Below, in pieces: positions 1-9,704 of a stretch of 64,000 nt of DNA. How positions within the stretch are numbered: the stretch's first letter is position 1; every line of letters starts with the position of its first letter. The translations under genes and the position numbers were made by a program. The DNA lies in contig CAWFJI010000010.1 of the NCBI GenBank assembly GCA_963816075.1, positions 11,678 to 75,677 on the forward strand, written 5' to 3'. The stretch comes from an uncultured Flavobacteriaceae bacterium. GTDB taxonomy: Bacteria > Bacteroidota > Bacteroidia > Flavobacteriales > Flavobacteriaceae. Below the pieces are notes generated by a model. It ran no database searches. It saw only the letters and a list, made by a program, of their open reading frames with translations, and was not told the DNA's origin.

Positions 1-1185
1 TTCATCAGCTGTATTGACGGCCGGATCGATCAGGTTCACCTTTTTGGCAAGCAGGTGTTTGTATCTGTATGCACCATCTGTTTTTACCTTTCTGAGTTCT
101 TCCAGCACTTTCTGAATCTCGGCAGTAAGAAAAGGATAATGCGTACAACCCAGGATCATGGCTTTTAAAGGCAATGCCCCCGGAGTGGCCCTCATTTTTT
201 CGAGCAGGGAAACCAAATGAAACCGCACATAGTTTTCCGGTGAATTGATCTGCATGCTGTTGCACTGCTCCGGATCATTGGCATCACAAAGCATTTTATA
301 GGCAGAAAAATCAAAGTTGTAAATATCCAGCAAGGCCTTCTGTATGGCCAGCTCATTCTTGGCCAGGTCCGGACCTTTATACAAAGTCCTCGGTTCCTGT
401 GCTTTCCGGTCGATATAGTTCAGGTCCTCATCGATCGCCTCAGCGAGTCCAACCCCACCCTGACTGAAAAACTGAAGCTTACCGGTATAACCATTGGCCA
501 CAATCAGGTTTTTTAAGGCTGTTTCATAGCCTTTGGAAGCCACAGTGCCTGCCGTGGCAAAAATAGCGATACTGCCGGATTCATTCTTTTTGAATGTAGA
601 TAAAGCACCTCTGGCACCGGCATCGATCACTCCGATCACTTTTACCGGCGAACCGGCCTTCTTCAAAAAGTTCTCTACATCTGTTTTGCCATAGGCCGTG
701 GCCGTGTTACAGGCTATGACGAGAATTTTTATCGGCTTTTTGTCTTTATATATTTGATTGTCATGGTAATACTTTGAACCTAGCAGAAACTGGGCATCTT
801 TGATGATGTGCTCTTTTAACAGATCTGTTTTGCCCACAGCTGCATAATTGCCATAGGGCATATTGGCCTGATCTGCCAGATAGATAAAATCTTCACGTGA
901 AAAATCGGCTATTCCGTCGGACTTTTTCCTGCCTGACTTGTTGTTGTAAGCATCAAAATTGACCACCGCATCCAGCACCGTCAAACCACCGGTTCCGGAA
1001 TCGAACATGCCAATGGGCATGCCGGCATTCAGGGCCGGGTAATTCTTAAAGTCGGTATAATAAAAACTCGTTTTATCATTGAGTATGGATTCTTCTATGG
1101 CGTTCGTCTGGGCGAAGACAGCCGACACAAAAAGCACTGGCAACAAAAAGAAAGCTTTCAGAAATGGAAAATTTTTACATACCAT
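1..1185 (-). CDS. murI: glutamate racemase family protein (MurI-like long form with predicted signal peptide); 3' end lies beyond the window edge
   Basis: Absent from the ORF track because it is open to base 1. Hand translation of the minus strand from ATG (complement of 1183-1185) is stop-free for 395 codons. It carries the MurI hallmarks GMFDSGTGGLTV, VIACNTAT and ILGCTHYPF. The N-terminus MVCKNFPFLKAFFLLPVLFVSAVFA-QT resembles a Sec signal peptide. Confidence 0.8.
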   Translation of the reverse strand, partial: MVCKNFPFLKAFFLLPVLFVSAVFAQTNAIEESILNDKTSFYYTDFKNYPALNAGMPIGMFDSGTGGLTVLDAVVNFDAYNNKSGRKKSDGIADFSREDFIYLADQANMPYGNYAAVGKTDLLKEHIIKDAQFLLGSKYYHDNQIYKDKKPIKILVIACNTATAYGKTDVENFLKKAGSPVKVIGVIDAGARGALSTFKKNESGSIAIFATAGTVASKGYETALKNLIVANGYTGKLQFFSQGGVGLAEAIDEDLNYIDRKAQEPRTLYKGPDLAKNELAIQKALLDIYNFDFSAYKMLCDANDPEQCNSMQINSPENYVRFHLVSLLEKMRATPGALPLKAMILGCTHYPFLTAEIQKVLEELRKVKTDGAYRYKHLLAKKVNLIDPAVNTADE

Positions 1186-1323
1186 GATTTCCGTTGGATT
1201 TTATACGATAAAAATAAAGGAAATGTTTTTAGGAAATGTAAGAAAAGCCAAAATTTACAAATACAGGAGTCAGCACTGTCAATTCCCGTTGCTACAATTG
1301 AAATCTGCAATAAGGCAAGTCAA

Positions 1324-2079
1324 TTAACGGGTGAACACCCATTTGTTCTCAGTAGACAAATTCTTGTCGAAAGCATAGCCTTCCCGGTTGAATCCTTTGA
1401 CCTCATCAACCACATCTATCCCATTGTCTATGATATACCGTACCATAGCTCCCCGGGCCTTTTTGGCAAAAAAACTGATCATTTTTAATTGCCCGTTGTG
1501 AAAATCCTTGAATTCCGGAGTGATCACCCGACTTTTTAGCAATTTGGGTTTTATGGTTTTAAAATACTCCTGGCTGGCCAGATTTATCAGTACTTCTCCA
1601 TTCAATTCTGCCTTCAAAGCCTTGGTGAGGCTGTCTCCCCAGAATTCATACAAATTGTTGTGCCTGTTCACTTTTAAGGCCGTGCCCATTTCCAGCCGGT
1701 ATGGCTGTATCAGGTCCAGGGGTTTTAAAATGCCATACAATCCTGATAAAATGCGCACTTTGCTTTGCAGGTCTTCGAATCTATCTTTCTCCAGCGTATA
1801 GGCATCAAGGCCATCATACACATCACCGCTAAACGCAAAAACTGCCTGCCGTGCATTTTCGGGACCAAAAGGCAGGTGCCAGTCCTGATTGCGCTGGTAG
1901 TTCAGAGTACTTAAGTTTTCGGAAATGTCCATAAGCTCCATGAGCTTCTTCGGACTTTTCTTTTTGAGTACGGCGTTCAGTTTTTCCGCCTGCTTCAGAA
2001 AAGCGCATTCACTAAAAGTCTGAATGGGAACAGGTTTATTGAATTCGAGGGTTTTGGCCGGTGAGATTACAATTTTCAT
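1324..2079 (-). CDS. yaaA: peroxide stress protein YaaA (DUF328/UPF0246)
   Basis: 251-aa ORF. The N-terminus MKIVISPAKTLEF and the length are typical of the YaaA family. Confidence 0.85.
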   Translation of the reverse strand: MKIVISPAKTLEFNKPVPIQTFSECAFLKQAEKLNAVLKKKSPKKLMELMDISENLSTLNYQRNQDWHLPFGPENARQAVFAFSGDVYDGLDAYTLEKDRFEDLQSKVRILSGLYGILKPLDLIQPYRLEMGTALKVNRHNNLYEFWGDSLTKALKAELNGEVLINLASQEYFKTIKPKLLKSRVITPEFKDFHNGQLKMISFFAKKARGAMVRYIIDNGIDVVDEVKGFNREGYAFDKNLSTENKWVFTR

Positions 2080-2117
2080 GAATTTGAAATTTTAAAAAAT
2101 CACAGAATATTTTTTGA

Positions 2118-3146
2118 CTATTCCTCCTTGCGGTGCAGGGAATAATTGCGCCATTTTTCCAGACAAAGCACCATATCCTGAGGCATGGGTGAATCAAACT
2201 GCAAAAACTCCTTACTGACGGGATGCGTAAACCCGAGGGTTTTGGCGTGCAGGGCCTGACGCGGTAAAACAGAAAAACAATTTTCTACAAACTGTTTGTA
2301 TTTGGTAAAGGTGGTTCCTTTTACGATCTCATTACCTCCATAGCGTTCATCATTGAACAAAGGATGCCCAATGTGGGCAAAGTGCGCCCGTATCTGATGG
2401 GTACGGCCTGTTTCCAGTTTACACTGCACCAGGGTTACGTAATTAAAGCGTTCAAGCACCTGGTAATGCGTGATGGCCGGCTTTCCAAAATCGCCTTTGG
2501 GAAAAACATCCATCAGGAGTCTGTTCTTCAGGCTTCTGCCAATATGGCCTTCTATCGTGCCGGAATCTTCTTCAAAATTTCCCCATACCAGGGCATAATA
2601 AAGCCTTTCGGTTGTCCTTTCAAAAAACTGGTTGGCGAGATTGGCCATGGCATACTCGGTTTTTGCCACAACAAGCAAGCCGCTGGTGTCTTTGTCTATG
2701 CGATGTACCAATCCGGGTCTGTCATTGGAATTGGTTGGTAAGTTTTCTATGTGATACAACAAGCCGTTCACCAGGGTACCGCTGTAATTTCCATGGCCCG
2801 GATGAACAACAACCCCTGCTTCCTTGTTTACCACGATCACTTCGTTGTCTTCATAAACAATGTCCAAAGGCATTTCTTCGGGCACCATCAGGTTTTCGTG
2901 AGGCGGATAAGCCAGAACCACACGCACCACATCTTTGGCTTTTACCCGGTAATTGGATTTGACCACCTGCTCATTCACCAGGACATTTCCTGCTTTTATG
3001 GCCTGCTGGATTTTGTTCCTTGTGGCATTCTCAATAAAATTCATCAGGTATTTGTCCACGCGCAGTGGCTCCTGCCCTGCAGCAGCAGTAAAACTGTAAT
3101 GTTCATAAAGCTCATCGTTTATGATCTCGTCAAAATTCTCCTGCAT
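2118..3146 (-). CDS. rluD: RluA-family 23S rRNA pseudouridine synthase (RluD-like)
   Basis: 342-aa ORF with an S4-like N-terminal region and the catalytic motif HRIDKDTSGLLVVAK. Confidence 0.9.
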   Translation of the reverse strand: MQENFDEIINDELYEHYSFTAAAGQEPLRVDKYLMNFIENATRNKIQQAIKAGNVLVNEQVVKSNYRVKAKDVVRVVLAYPPHENLMVPEEMPLDIVYEDNEVIVVNKEAGVVVHPGHGNYSGTLVNGLLYHIENLPTNSNDRPGLVHRIDKDTSGLLVVAKTEYAMANLANQFFERTTERLYYALVWGNFEEDSGTIEGHIGRSLKNRLLMDVFPKGDFGKPAITHYQVLERFNYVTLVQCKLETGRTHQIRAHFAHIGHPLFNDERYGGNEIVKGTTFTKYKQFVENCFSVLPRQALHAKTLGFTHPVSKEFLQFDSPMPQDMVLCLEKWRNYSLHRKEE

Positions 3147-3735
3147 CGGGTATACTGTCTGTAGCTAAACTGTCTGTTACTATTTCTTCCAATCCATCAC
3201 CCACAACAAGGTCAATAACAGAACTTTTTGGGAGGTAATCACCCGGTTTTATGGGTCTGCCCATGTATTCCATGCGTCTGACCACATCTTTTCCTATGTC
3301 TGGTATCTTAATATCCTTCCCGATTTGAAATCCGGCAGATTTCAGTCTGGTAACCACCTGTCTTTTTGTCTGATCCAGTACTTTGGGAACCTCAACTTTC
3401 AAAAAATTCGAAGGATTCAAAGTGAGGTAGATCTTTCTGTTCACTTTTACATAGGATCCCGCCTCAGGATCCTGTTCCATTACAGACTGCGGTGGAAAAT
3501 CAGGGTTAAATTCTGAAGAATCAATGACCACCAAATTGAGATCTATATCTTCGAGTATACTTTCAACCTCCGCGATCGATTTTTTTTGCAGATCCGGAAC
3601 CTGGATCTTTTGGTTGTGATGGGTATAAAAGCCAAGTCCTATGCCAGAAATAAACATTACAGCCAAAGTGATGACCAGCATGATCAAAACTGTGTTCAAA
3701 AACTCCCTGCTTTTTATGTACTGAAAAAATCCCAT
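3130..3735 (-). CDS. PASTA domain-containing membrane protein
   Basis: 201-aa ORF. One N-terminal TM helix (VLIMLVITLAVMFISGIGLGF) is followed by two PASTA-like repeats. It overlaps rluD by 17 nt. Confidence 0.7.
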   Translation of the reverse strand: MGFFQYIKSREFLNTVLIMLVITLAVMFISGIGLGFYTHHNQKIQVPDLQKKSIAEVESILEDIDLNLVVIDSSEFNPDFPPQSVMEQDPEAGSYVKVNRKIYLTLNPSNFLKVEVPKVLDQTKRQVVTRLKSAGFQIGKDIKIPDIGKDVVRRMEYMGRPIKPGDYLPKSSVIDLVVGDGLEEIVTDSLATDSIPDAGEF

Positions 3736-3942
3736 ACGCTGAATTTATGCACCAAAGATAATTTTTTTTTAACTGAAACCCGATGAAGCCCGTCTCAATT
3801 TTTAAAAATGAGGTTTGGATACATCCGTTTTGTATCAGCCTTCTTCCAAAAAAGTGCTGCCAGGTTATGGTACGATTGTACTGTTGACCGATAGCAGCAA
3901 TCAATATTTAACTGTTTTTAATTTGTACCTGAGATTTTTTTG

Positions 3943-3950
3943 TATGTTTG
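3943..3950 (+). promoter_or_regulatory. candidate Bacteroidota -7 promoter box (TAnnTTTG) for ddl
   Basis: TATGTTTG lies 19 nt upstream of the ddl ATG at 3969. Confidence 0.4.
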
Positions 3951-3968
3951 TTTGTCAACAAAATTTGT

Positions 3969-4943
3969 ATGAAGAAAAATATTGCCATCATCATGGGTGG
4001 TTACTCCAGTGAAGTAGATATTTCAATACTCAGTGGCAATGTGGTGTATGCCAATCTGGATAGAGAAAAATACAGGCTCTTTAAATTACTGATCTTAAAG
4101 GAAAAATGGGTTCATGTTGACGAAAACGGACTCGAAACCCCGGTCAATAAGGAAGATTTTAGTCTGGGATCAGGAGCAAATAAAATTCATTTCGACTGTG
4201 TTTTTAATGCCATTCACGGCCATCCGGGCGAAGATGGCGTGCTTCTCGCCTATTTTGACCTGTTCGGGATCAAACATACCTCTGCCCCCTTTTATCAGAT
4301 GGCAGTCACTTTCAATAAAAGAGATACCCTGAGTTTTTTAAAACCCTACGGTATAAAAATGGCAAACTCCGTTTACCTGAATCAGGGCGATCCATATGAC
4401 ACAGACCAGATTATTAAACAGGTTGGCCTGCCCTGCTTTGTGAAACCCAATAAATCCGGCTCCAGTTTTGGCGTGTCGAAAGTAAAAACCAAAGAAGCTC
4501 TCGCACCTGCCATGGACTTCGCCTTTAAGGAAGACAACGAGATCCTGATTGAATCCTTTCTCGACGGAACCGAGGTTTCCGTAGGTGTTATTGAATGGCA
4601 GAACAAAATTAAAGTGATGCCCGAAACGGAAATTGTCAGCCACAATGAGTTCTTTGATTTTGAGGCCAAATACCTGGGAAAATCGGAAGAGATCACCCCG
4701 GCAAGAATTTCTGAGCTACAACGGAATAACCTGATAGAGGCAGCAGAAAAGATCTATAAGGTACTCAACCTGAAAGGCCTTTCGAGGGCTGATTTCATTA
4801 TCGTTGGCGACATTCCGTATTTTATTGAAATGAATATGGTACCCGGTATCACCACCGAAAGCATCTTGCCCAAACAAGCCCGGTACGCAGGCATAAGCCT
4901 GCAGGAACTTTTTGGAAATTGTATAGAAATGGCATTAAAATAA
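3969..4943 (+). CDS. ddl: D-alanine--D-alanine ligase
   Basis: ORF 3948..4943. Start moved to ATG 3969 (MKKNIAIIMGGYSSEVDIS), the typical Ddl N-terminus. ATP-grasp body with C-terminal EMNMVPG motif. Confidence 0.9.
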   Translation: MKKNIAIIMGGYSSEVDISILSGNVVYANLDREKYRLFKLLILKEKWVHVDENGLETPVNKEDFSLGSGANKIHFDCVFNAIHGHPGEDGVLLAYFDLFGIKHTSAPFYQMAVTFNKRDTLSFLKPYGIKMANSVYLNQGDPYDTDQIIKQVGLPCFVKPNKSGSSFGVSKVKTKEALAPAMDFAFKEDNEILIESFLDGTEVSVGVIEWQNKIKVMPETEIVSHNEFFDFEAKYLGKSEEITPARISELQRNNLIEAAEKIYKVLNLKGLSRADFIIVGDIPYFIEMNMVPGITTESILPKQARYAGISLQELFGNCIEMALK

Positions 4944-4947
4944 AAAG

Positions 4948-5418
4948 ATGAGAAGAGCAGTTTTTCCCGGATCCTTTGATCCGCTTACTTTGGGACACAC
5001 AGATATCATCAACCGGGCATTGACTCTTTTTGATGAGATCATCATTGCCATTGGAAACAATACTTCGAAAAATTATATGTTTTCACTGGAGCAAAGGGTA
5101 AAGTTCATCGAGCAGACCTATGCCGGAGAAAAGAAAATAAAAGTGGATACCTATGAAGGCCTGACCATAGAATACTGCAAAAAAGTGAACAGTGCTTTTA
5201 TTTTACGCGGACTCAGAAATCCCGCCGACTTCGAATTTGAAAAGGCCATTGCACACACCAACCGAAAACTGTCGAAAATAGAAACCGTATTTTTACTTAC
5301 GAGCGCCAATACATCGTATATCAGTTCCAGCATTGTGAGGGATGTTTTGCGCTACAAAGGCGACGTGACCGGACTCGTGCCTGATGCCGTTCACCACCAT
5401 GCACATTTAAAAAAATAA
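4948..5418 (+). CDS. coaD: pantetheine-phosphate adenylyltransferase
   Basis: 156-aa ORF with the nucleotidyltransferase motif FPGSFDPLTLGHTDI. Confidence 0.92.
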   Translation: MRRAVFPGSFDPLTLGHTDIINRALTLFDEIIIAIGNNTSKNYMFSLEQRVKFIEQTYAGEKKIKVDTYEGLTIEYCKKVNSAFILRGLRNPADFEFEKAIAHTNRKLSKIETVFLLTSANTSYISSSIVRDVLRYKGDVTGLVPDAVHHHAHLKK

Positions 5419-5423
5419 AGATC

Positions 5424-7182
5424 TTGGGTATTTCATTTACGCGCAATGGCAGGATCTGGCTCCTTGTTCTTGTCTTTGTTCAATTGACTGCAGCGCAAAA
5501 TCTGCCCACTGTTTTTGAACAGAGTGGCGGAACACAAACGGCTACTTATGAGGAGACCATCAGCTATTACAAAATACTTGAGGAAAAGTTCCCCAGCATC
5601 TCCCTTGAAGAAATAGGCGATACAGATTCTGGTTTTCCGCTGCATGTGGTAACCTTTTACAGCGGTGGAAAATTACGACTCAAAGACATACAGAAAAAAG
5701 ACAAAATTACCCTGCTCATCAACAACGGGATCCATCCGGGAGAACCGGACGGAATTGACGCGAGCATGCAGTTGCTTCGGGACCTGGCCGAGGGTAAATT
5801 GGGCAAAGAAAAATACAAAGACCTGATCGTTTGCGTGATCCCTGTTTACAATATCGGAGGCAGCCTGAACAGAAACAGCACGAGCAGGGTAAACCAGAAC
5901 GGACCTGAAAGCTATGGATTCAGAGGCAATGCCAGAAATTTTGATCTGAACCGGGACTTCATTAAAACCGACACGAAAAATGCCCTTACTTTTACAAAGA
6001 TCTACCACCTCATCGAACCCGATGTGTTTATTGATAACCATGTAAGCGATGGTGCAGATTACCAGTACGTGCTGACCCATTTATTTACCCAGCACAACAA
6101 ACTCGGCGGAGCACTGGGTTCCTATCTGAATAACACCCTGAAACCGTGGCTTGAAGAAGATCTTTTGAAAAAAAAGTACGACATAACGCCTTATGTAAAT
6201 GTGTTCAATACCACACCCGACAAAGGATTTTCTCAGTTCTTTGACAGCCCCCGTTATTCAACGGGTTATACCGCTCTTTTTGGTACCCTGGGTTTAATGG
6301 TGGAAACACATATGTTAAAACCGTATAAAGATCGCGTTGCAGGTACCTATGCACTCATGCACAGCCTGCTGGATTTTAGCGCAGAAAAAGATGTTGAAAT
6401 CAGGAAACTGCGGAAAGATGCCATACAAACAGACAAAGGCCTTAACTTATTATCCGGTCAGCTGGAAGCTGGATACGACGAAATACGAAGTATTAAATTT
6501 TAAGGGCTATGAAGGCAGTTTTGTTAAAAGTGAGGTAACCGGCCTGAACCGGCTGAAATACGACCGCAACAAACCCTTTACCAAACCGGTTAAACATTAC
6601 AATGAATTTGTACCGGGAAAAAGCATTAAAATACCGGCAGCCTATATCATACCGCAGGGCTGGTGGCCGGTGATCGAAAGGCTCGACTTGAATCAGATTC
6701 AGTATACCGCCTTCAAAACAGATACCTTGCTTGAGGTGGAAACGTACAAGATCAAATCCTACAAATCGGTTAGCACTCCCTATGAAGGTCATCAACTGCA
6801 TTACGATACACAAGTTGAGGTGAGCAGTGGAAAAAAACAATTCCGGAAAGGTGACCTACTGGTACCAACAGACCAGCCCGGCATGAGATACCTGCTGGAA
6901 ACGCTCGAACCCGAAGCCAAAGATTCGTTCTTCAACTGGAACTTCTTCGATGCCATTCTGGAGAACAAAGAATATTTTTCGCCCTACGCCTTTGAAGAGC
7001 TCGCAGAAAAGATCCTTCGGGAAGATCCTGCATTAAAAAAAGAGCTTGAGGAAAAGAGGTCGAAAGATCCGGAGTTCAAGGCGAACGGCTATGCCCAGCT
7101 GGATTTTATTTACAAGCACTCGAAATACTTTGAATCAACCTATATGGAGTACCCTATTTACCGATACACAAAAAAAGAATAG
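5424..7182 (+). pseudogene. M14-family zinc carboxypeptidase, interrupted by a +1 frameshift (ORFs 5424..6503 and 6337..7182)
   Basis: The N-terminal ORF has a signal peptide plus M14 motifs (GIHPGEPDG, NFDLNRDF, FIDNHVSDGADY). The second ORF continues in the +1 frame. Within the overlap, the first-frame text is meaningful upstream and the second-frame text (LTYYPVSWKLD..FKGYEG) downstream. Confidence 0.75.
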
Positions 7183-7240
7183 GGTTTGCCGGACAGTTTT
7201 CGGGCAAAAAAATACGCTCAACTATAGTATCTAAGGGATT

Positions 7241-7858
7241 TTACCCATTCGTTTCAGTGAACAAAATCTTGTTTATCAGCCATTTAATATTTGGATAGGT
7301 ATTTTTAAACACCTCAACAAGCTGTACTTTGTCCGTCCAGACAACCTTGCTGATCCCTTCCTCGGTTTGCGGTATAAGTTTTTGATCAGGATCTTTAATA
7401 CCCATATTATACCAATGGGTGGTTTTAAAGAACTGTTTACCCTCCATTTCATACAAATGATACGTTAAGCCGGCGAAGGTTTTGATAAAAACGCCTACCA
7501 GCCCGCATTCTTCCTCAACTTCCCTCAAAGCGGCTGCTTCGATCTGCTCATTTTTTTCAACCTTTCCTTTAGGCAGATCCCAGATACCATTTCTGAAGAT
7601 CATCAGCAATTCCTGGTTTTCGTTTAAAACCAGCCCTCCGGCAGCAGTTACCTGTACAAATTTTTTCTTAAATTCTTCAAAGAGTTTTTCGGGGTCTTTA
7701 TAATAAATATAATAGGTTTTACGTTCTGTTTCACAAGAATTTAAGTACAGCTCAGGATCGCAATTCTCCCAATGAAAGCAGTTGCTCCGACCGGTATCTG
7801 ATGGGTCGCTTGTTAAAAAAAAGCTGCAGTTATTTTTAAAAATTACATACATTTGCAT
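7241..7858 (-). CDS. NUDIX hydrolase
   Basis: 205-aa ORF with the Nudix box GKVEKNEQIEAAALREVEEECG. Confidence 0.85.
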   Translation of the reverse strand: MQMYVIFKNNCSFFLTSDPSDTGRSNCFHWENCDPELYLNSCETERKTYYIYYKDPEKLFEEFKKKFVQVTAAGGLVLNENQELLMIFRNGIWDLPKGKVEKNEQIEAAALREVEEECGLVGVFIKTFAGLTYHLYEMEGKQFFKTTHWYNMGIKDPDQKLIPQTEEGISKVVWTDKVQLVEVFKNTYPNIKWLINKILFTETNG

Positions 7859-8497
7859 ATGATTTTCAACAAAAATACAGCAAAAAAAACCGCGGAATTG
7901 CTTTTATCCATAAAAGCGATCAAATTAAATCCTGAAGAGTCTTTTGTATGGGCCTCGGGATGGCATTCCCCCATTTATTGCGATAACCGCTTAACCTTGT
8001 CGTTTGTGCCCATTCGCAATTATATCCGCGAGCATTTGGGAAAGATCATCCTTGAAAAACACGGTAAACCCGATGTGATTGCAGGCGTTGCTACCGGTGC
8101 CATAGCCATTGGCGTACTCGTTGCCCAGGAGCTTGGCCTCCCCTTTGTTTATGTCCGGCCCGAACCCAAAAAACACGGCCGCATGAATCAGGTTGAAGGA
8201 TACCTGAACAAGGGGCAGAATGTGATCGTTGTGGAAGATCTGATCAGCACCGGCAAGAGCAGTTTGAATGCTGTAGAAGCGCTGAAGGATTGCGATGTAC
8301 AGATCAAAGGCATGGTATCTATTTTTGATTATGGATTCGATGTTGCCAAAGAAAGTTTTGCCAAAATAAATCTTGAAGTCACCAGTTTGAGCGATTATGA
8401 CAACCTGATCGAACAGGCACTGGAAACGAATTACGTCTCGCAAAAACATTTGAAAACCTTAATGGCCTGGAGAGCTAATCCGGCTGAGTGGAAATAA
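7853..8497 (+). CDS. pyrE: orotate phosphoribosyltransferase
   Basis: 214-aa ORF with the PRPP-binding motif VIVVEDLISTGKS and a typical PyrE N-terminal region. Confidence 0.9.
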   Translation: MHMIFNKNTAKKTAELLLSIKAIKLNPEESFVWASGWHSPIYCDNRLTLSFVPIRNYIREHLGKIILEKHGKPDVIAGVATGAIAIGVLVAQELGLPFVYVRPEPKKHGRMNQVEGYLNKGQNVIVVEDLISTGKSSLNAVEALKDCDVQIKGMVSIFDYGFDVAKESFAKINLEVTSLSDYDNLIEQALETNYVSQKHLKTLMAWRANPAEWK

Positions 8498-8503
8498 CAG
8501 GAA

Positions 8504-8893
8504 ATGAATTTAGAAAGCCCCAAAGTAACCGTCAAAAAAAACAACAAGGAAATATTCGACTTTTTGAGTAAGGTTGAGAATTTTGAGCAGATCATGCCCG
8601 AAAATATCGATAAATTCCAGGCCGGAGAAGAATCTTTTGTTTTTGCACTCAAGGGTATGCCCGAAATCAAACTGAAACTCACGGAAATGGTGCCCGGAAA
8701 AAAGATCGTGCTGGGTTCTGCCAGTGACAAGCTTCCTTTTACATTAACAGCAAATATTGAGGAAAAGACTGAGAACTCCAGTGAAGTGCAACTGCTATTT
8801 GATGGCAATTTTAATCCTATGATGGCCATGATGGTCAAGGGCCCGCTGCAAAAGTTCATCAATACCCTGATCACGAATATTGAGAGTACCTAG
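8504..8893 (+). CDS. hypothetical protein (possibly SRPBCC-fold)
   Basis: 129-aa ORF, 6 nt downstream of pyrE. Only weak family resemblance by eye. Confidence 0.45.
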   Translation: MNLESPKVTVKKNNKEIFDFLSKVENFEQIMPENIDKFQAGEESFVFALKGMPEIKLKLTEMVPGKKIVLGSASDKLPFTLTANIEEKTENSSEVQLLFDGNFNPMMAMMVKGPLQKFINTLITNIEST

Positions 8894-8898
8894 ATTTC

Positions 8899-9631
8899 TT
8901 ACAAATACTTAATTTCCTTAAACCGAAAGCAGCGCTGCGTTTCGTCCTGTAATTCAAGAACCAGATTGCCTGAGGGATCTATATCAATTATTTTTCCCAT
9001 AAATATTTCGCCCGCCGCAGTTTCAAACATGGCCGGACGACCAAATTTGTAGAGGTTTTCTTTGTACTCCTGCATCAACCGCTTGTGCCCACCTGATTCA
9101 AATAAATCGGCATACAGCTTTATTTTCTCCACAAGCTCCTGAAGCAAGATATCTCTGTCTGTCTTTTTGCCCAGGATCTGATACATCGAGATCGCCTTAG
9201 GCAGCTCCGGGGGGAAATTTTTCTTCATTCACATTGAGCCCGATACCAACTATGGCATACCTGATCTGCCCGCTGAGGATCGAATTCTCTATCAGGATGC
9301 CGCCCAGTTTCCTGTTGTCTGCCATAATGTCGTTTGGCCATTTCACCCTTAATTCAGGCAGCTTATAGGGTTTTAAGGCTTCAAGTACAGCCAGTGAAAC
9401 GGCACAATTCAGGAAAAACTGATCCGCTGCCAAAACCCTCTGAAATTTTATTAAAATACTGAATAAGAGGTTACTGCCTTCTGAAGAATACCAAACAGTT
9501 TCCATTTGTCCCCTGCCCTTCGTCTGAAATTCAGCACTGACAACGGTAAAACTTTCAAGCACCTCATTCTTTACCAAATCTTTTAAATAAGAATTCGTAG
9601 AGGGAATGGCATCAAGTTTGTACAGGTACAT
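8899..9631 (-). pseudogene. birA: biotin--[acetyl-CoA-carboxylase] ligase, split by a frameshift (ORFs 9197..9631 and 8899..9228)
   Basis: The N-terminal part has the BirA motif QTKGRGQMETVW and GIGLNVN. The C-terminal part continues FPPELPKAISMYQILGKK in another frame. The join falls at runs T5/G6 (9209-9222). Confidence 0.8.
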
Positions 9632-9673
9632 GCAGATTAACTTTTGGGTTCATCTAAAATGATAAAAATGTAA

Positions 9674-9681
9674 TACATTTG
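9674..9681 (+). promoter_or_regulatory. candidate -7 promoter box (TAnnTTTG) for rsfS-ftsH
   Basis: TACATTTG lies 24 nt upstream of the rsfS ATG. Confidence 0.4.
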
Positions 9682-9704
9682 CAACAATATATGAACTTTA
9701 TTAA

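Noticed and set aside
5-265. 86-aa minus-strand ORF at the window start.
   Set aside because: It is out of frame within the 395-codon MurI-like reading frame, which carries clear family motifs.
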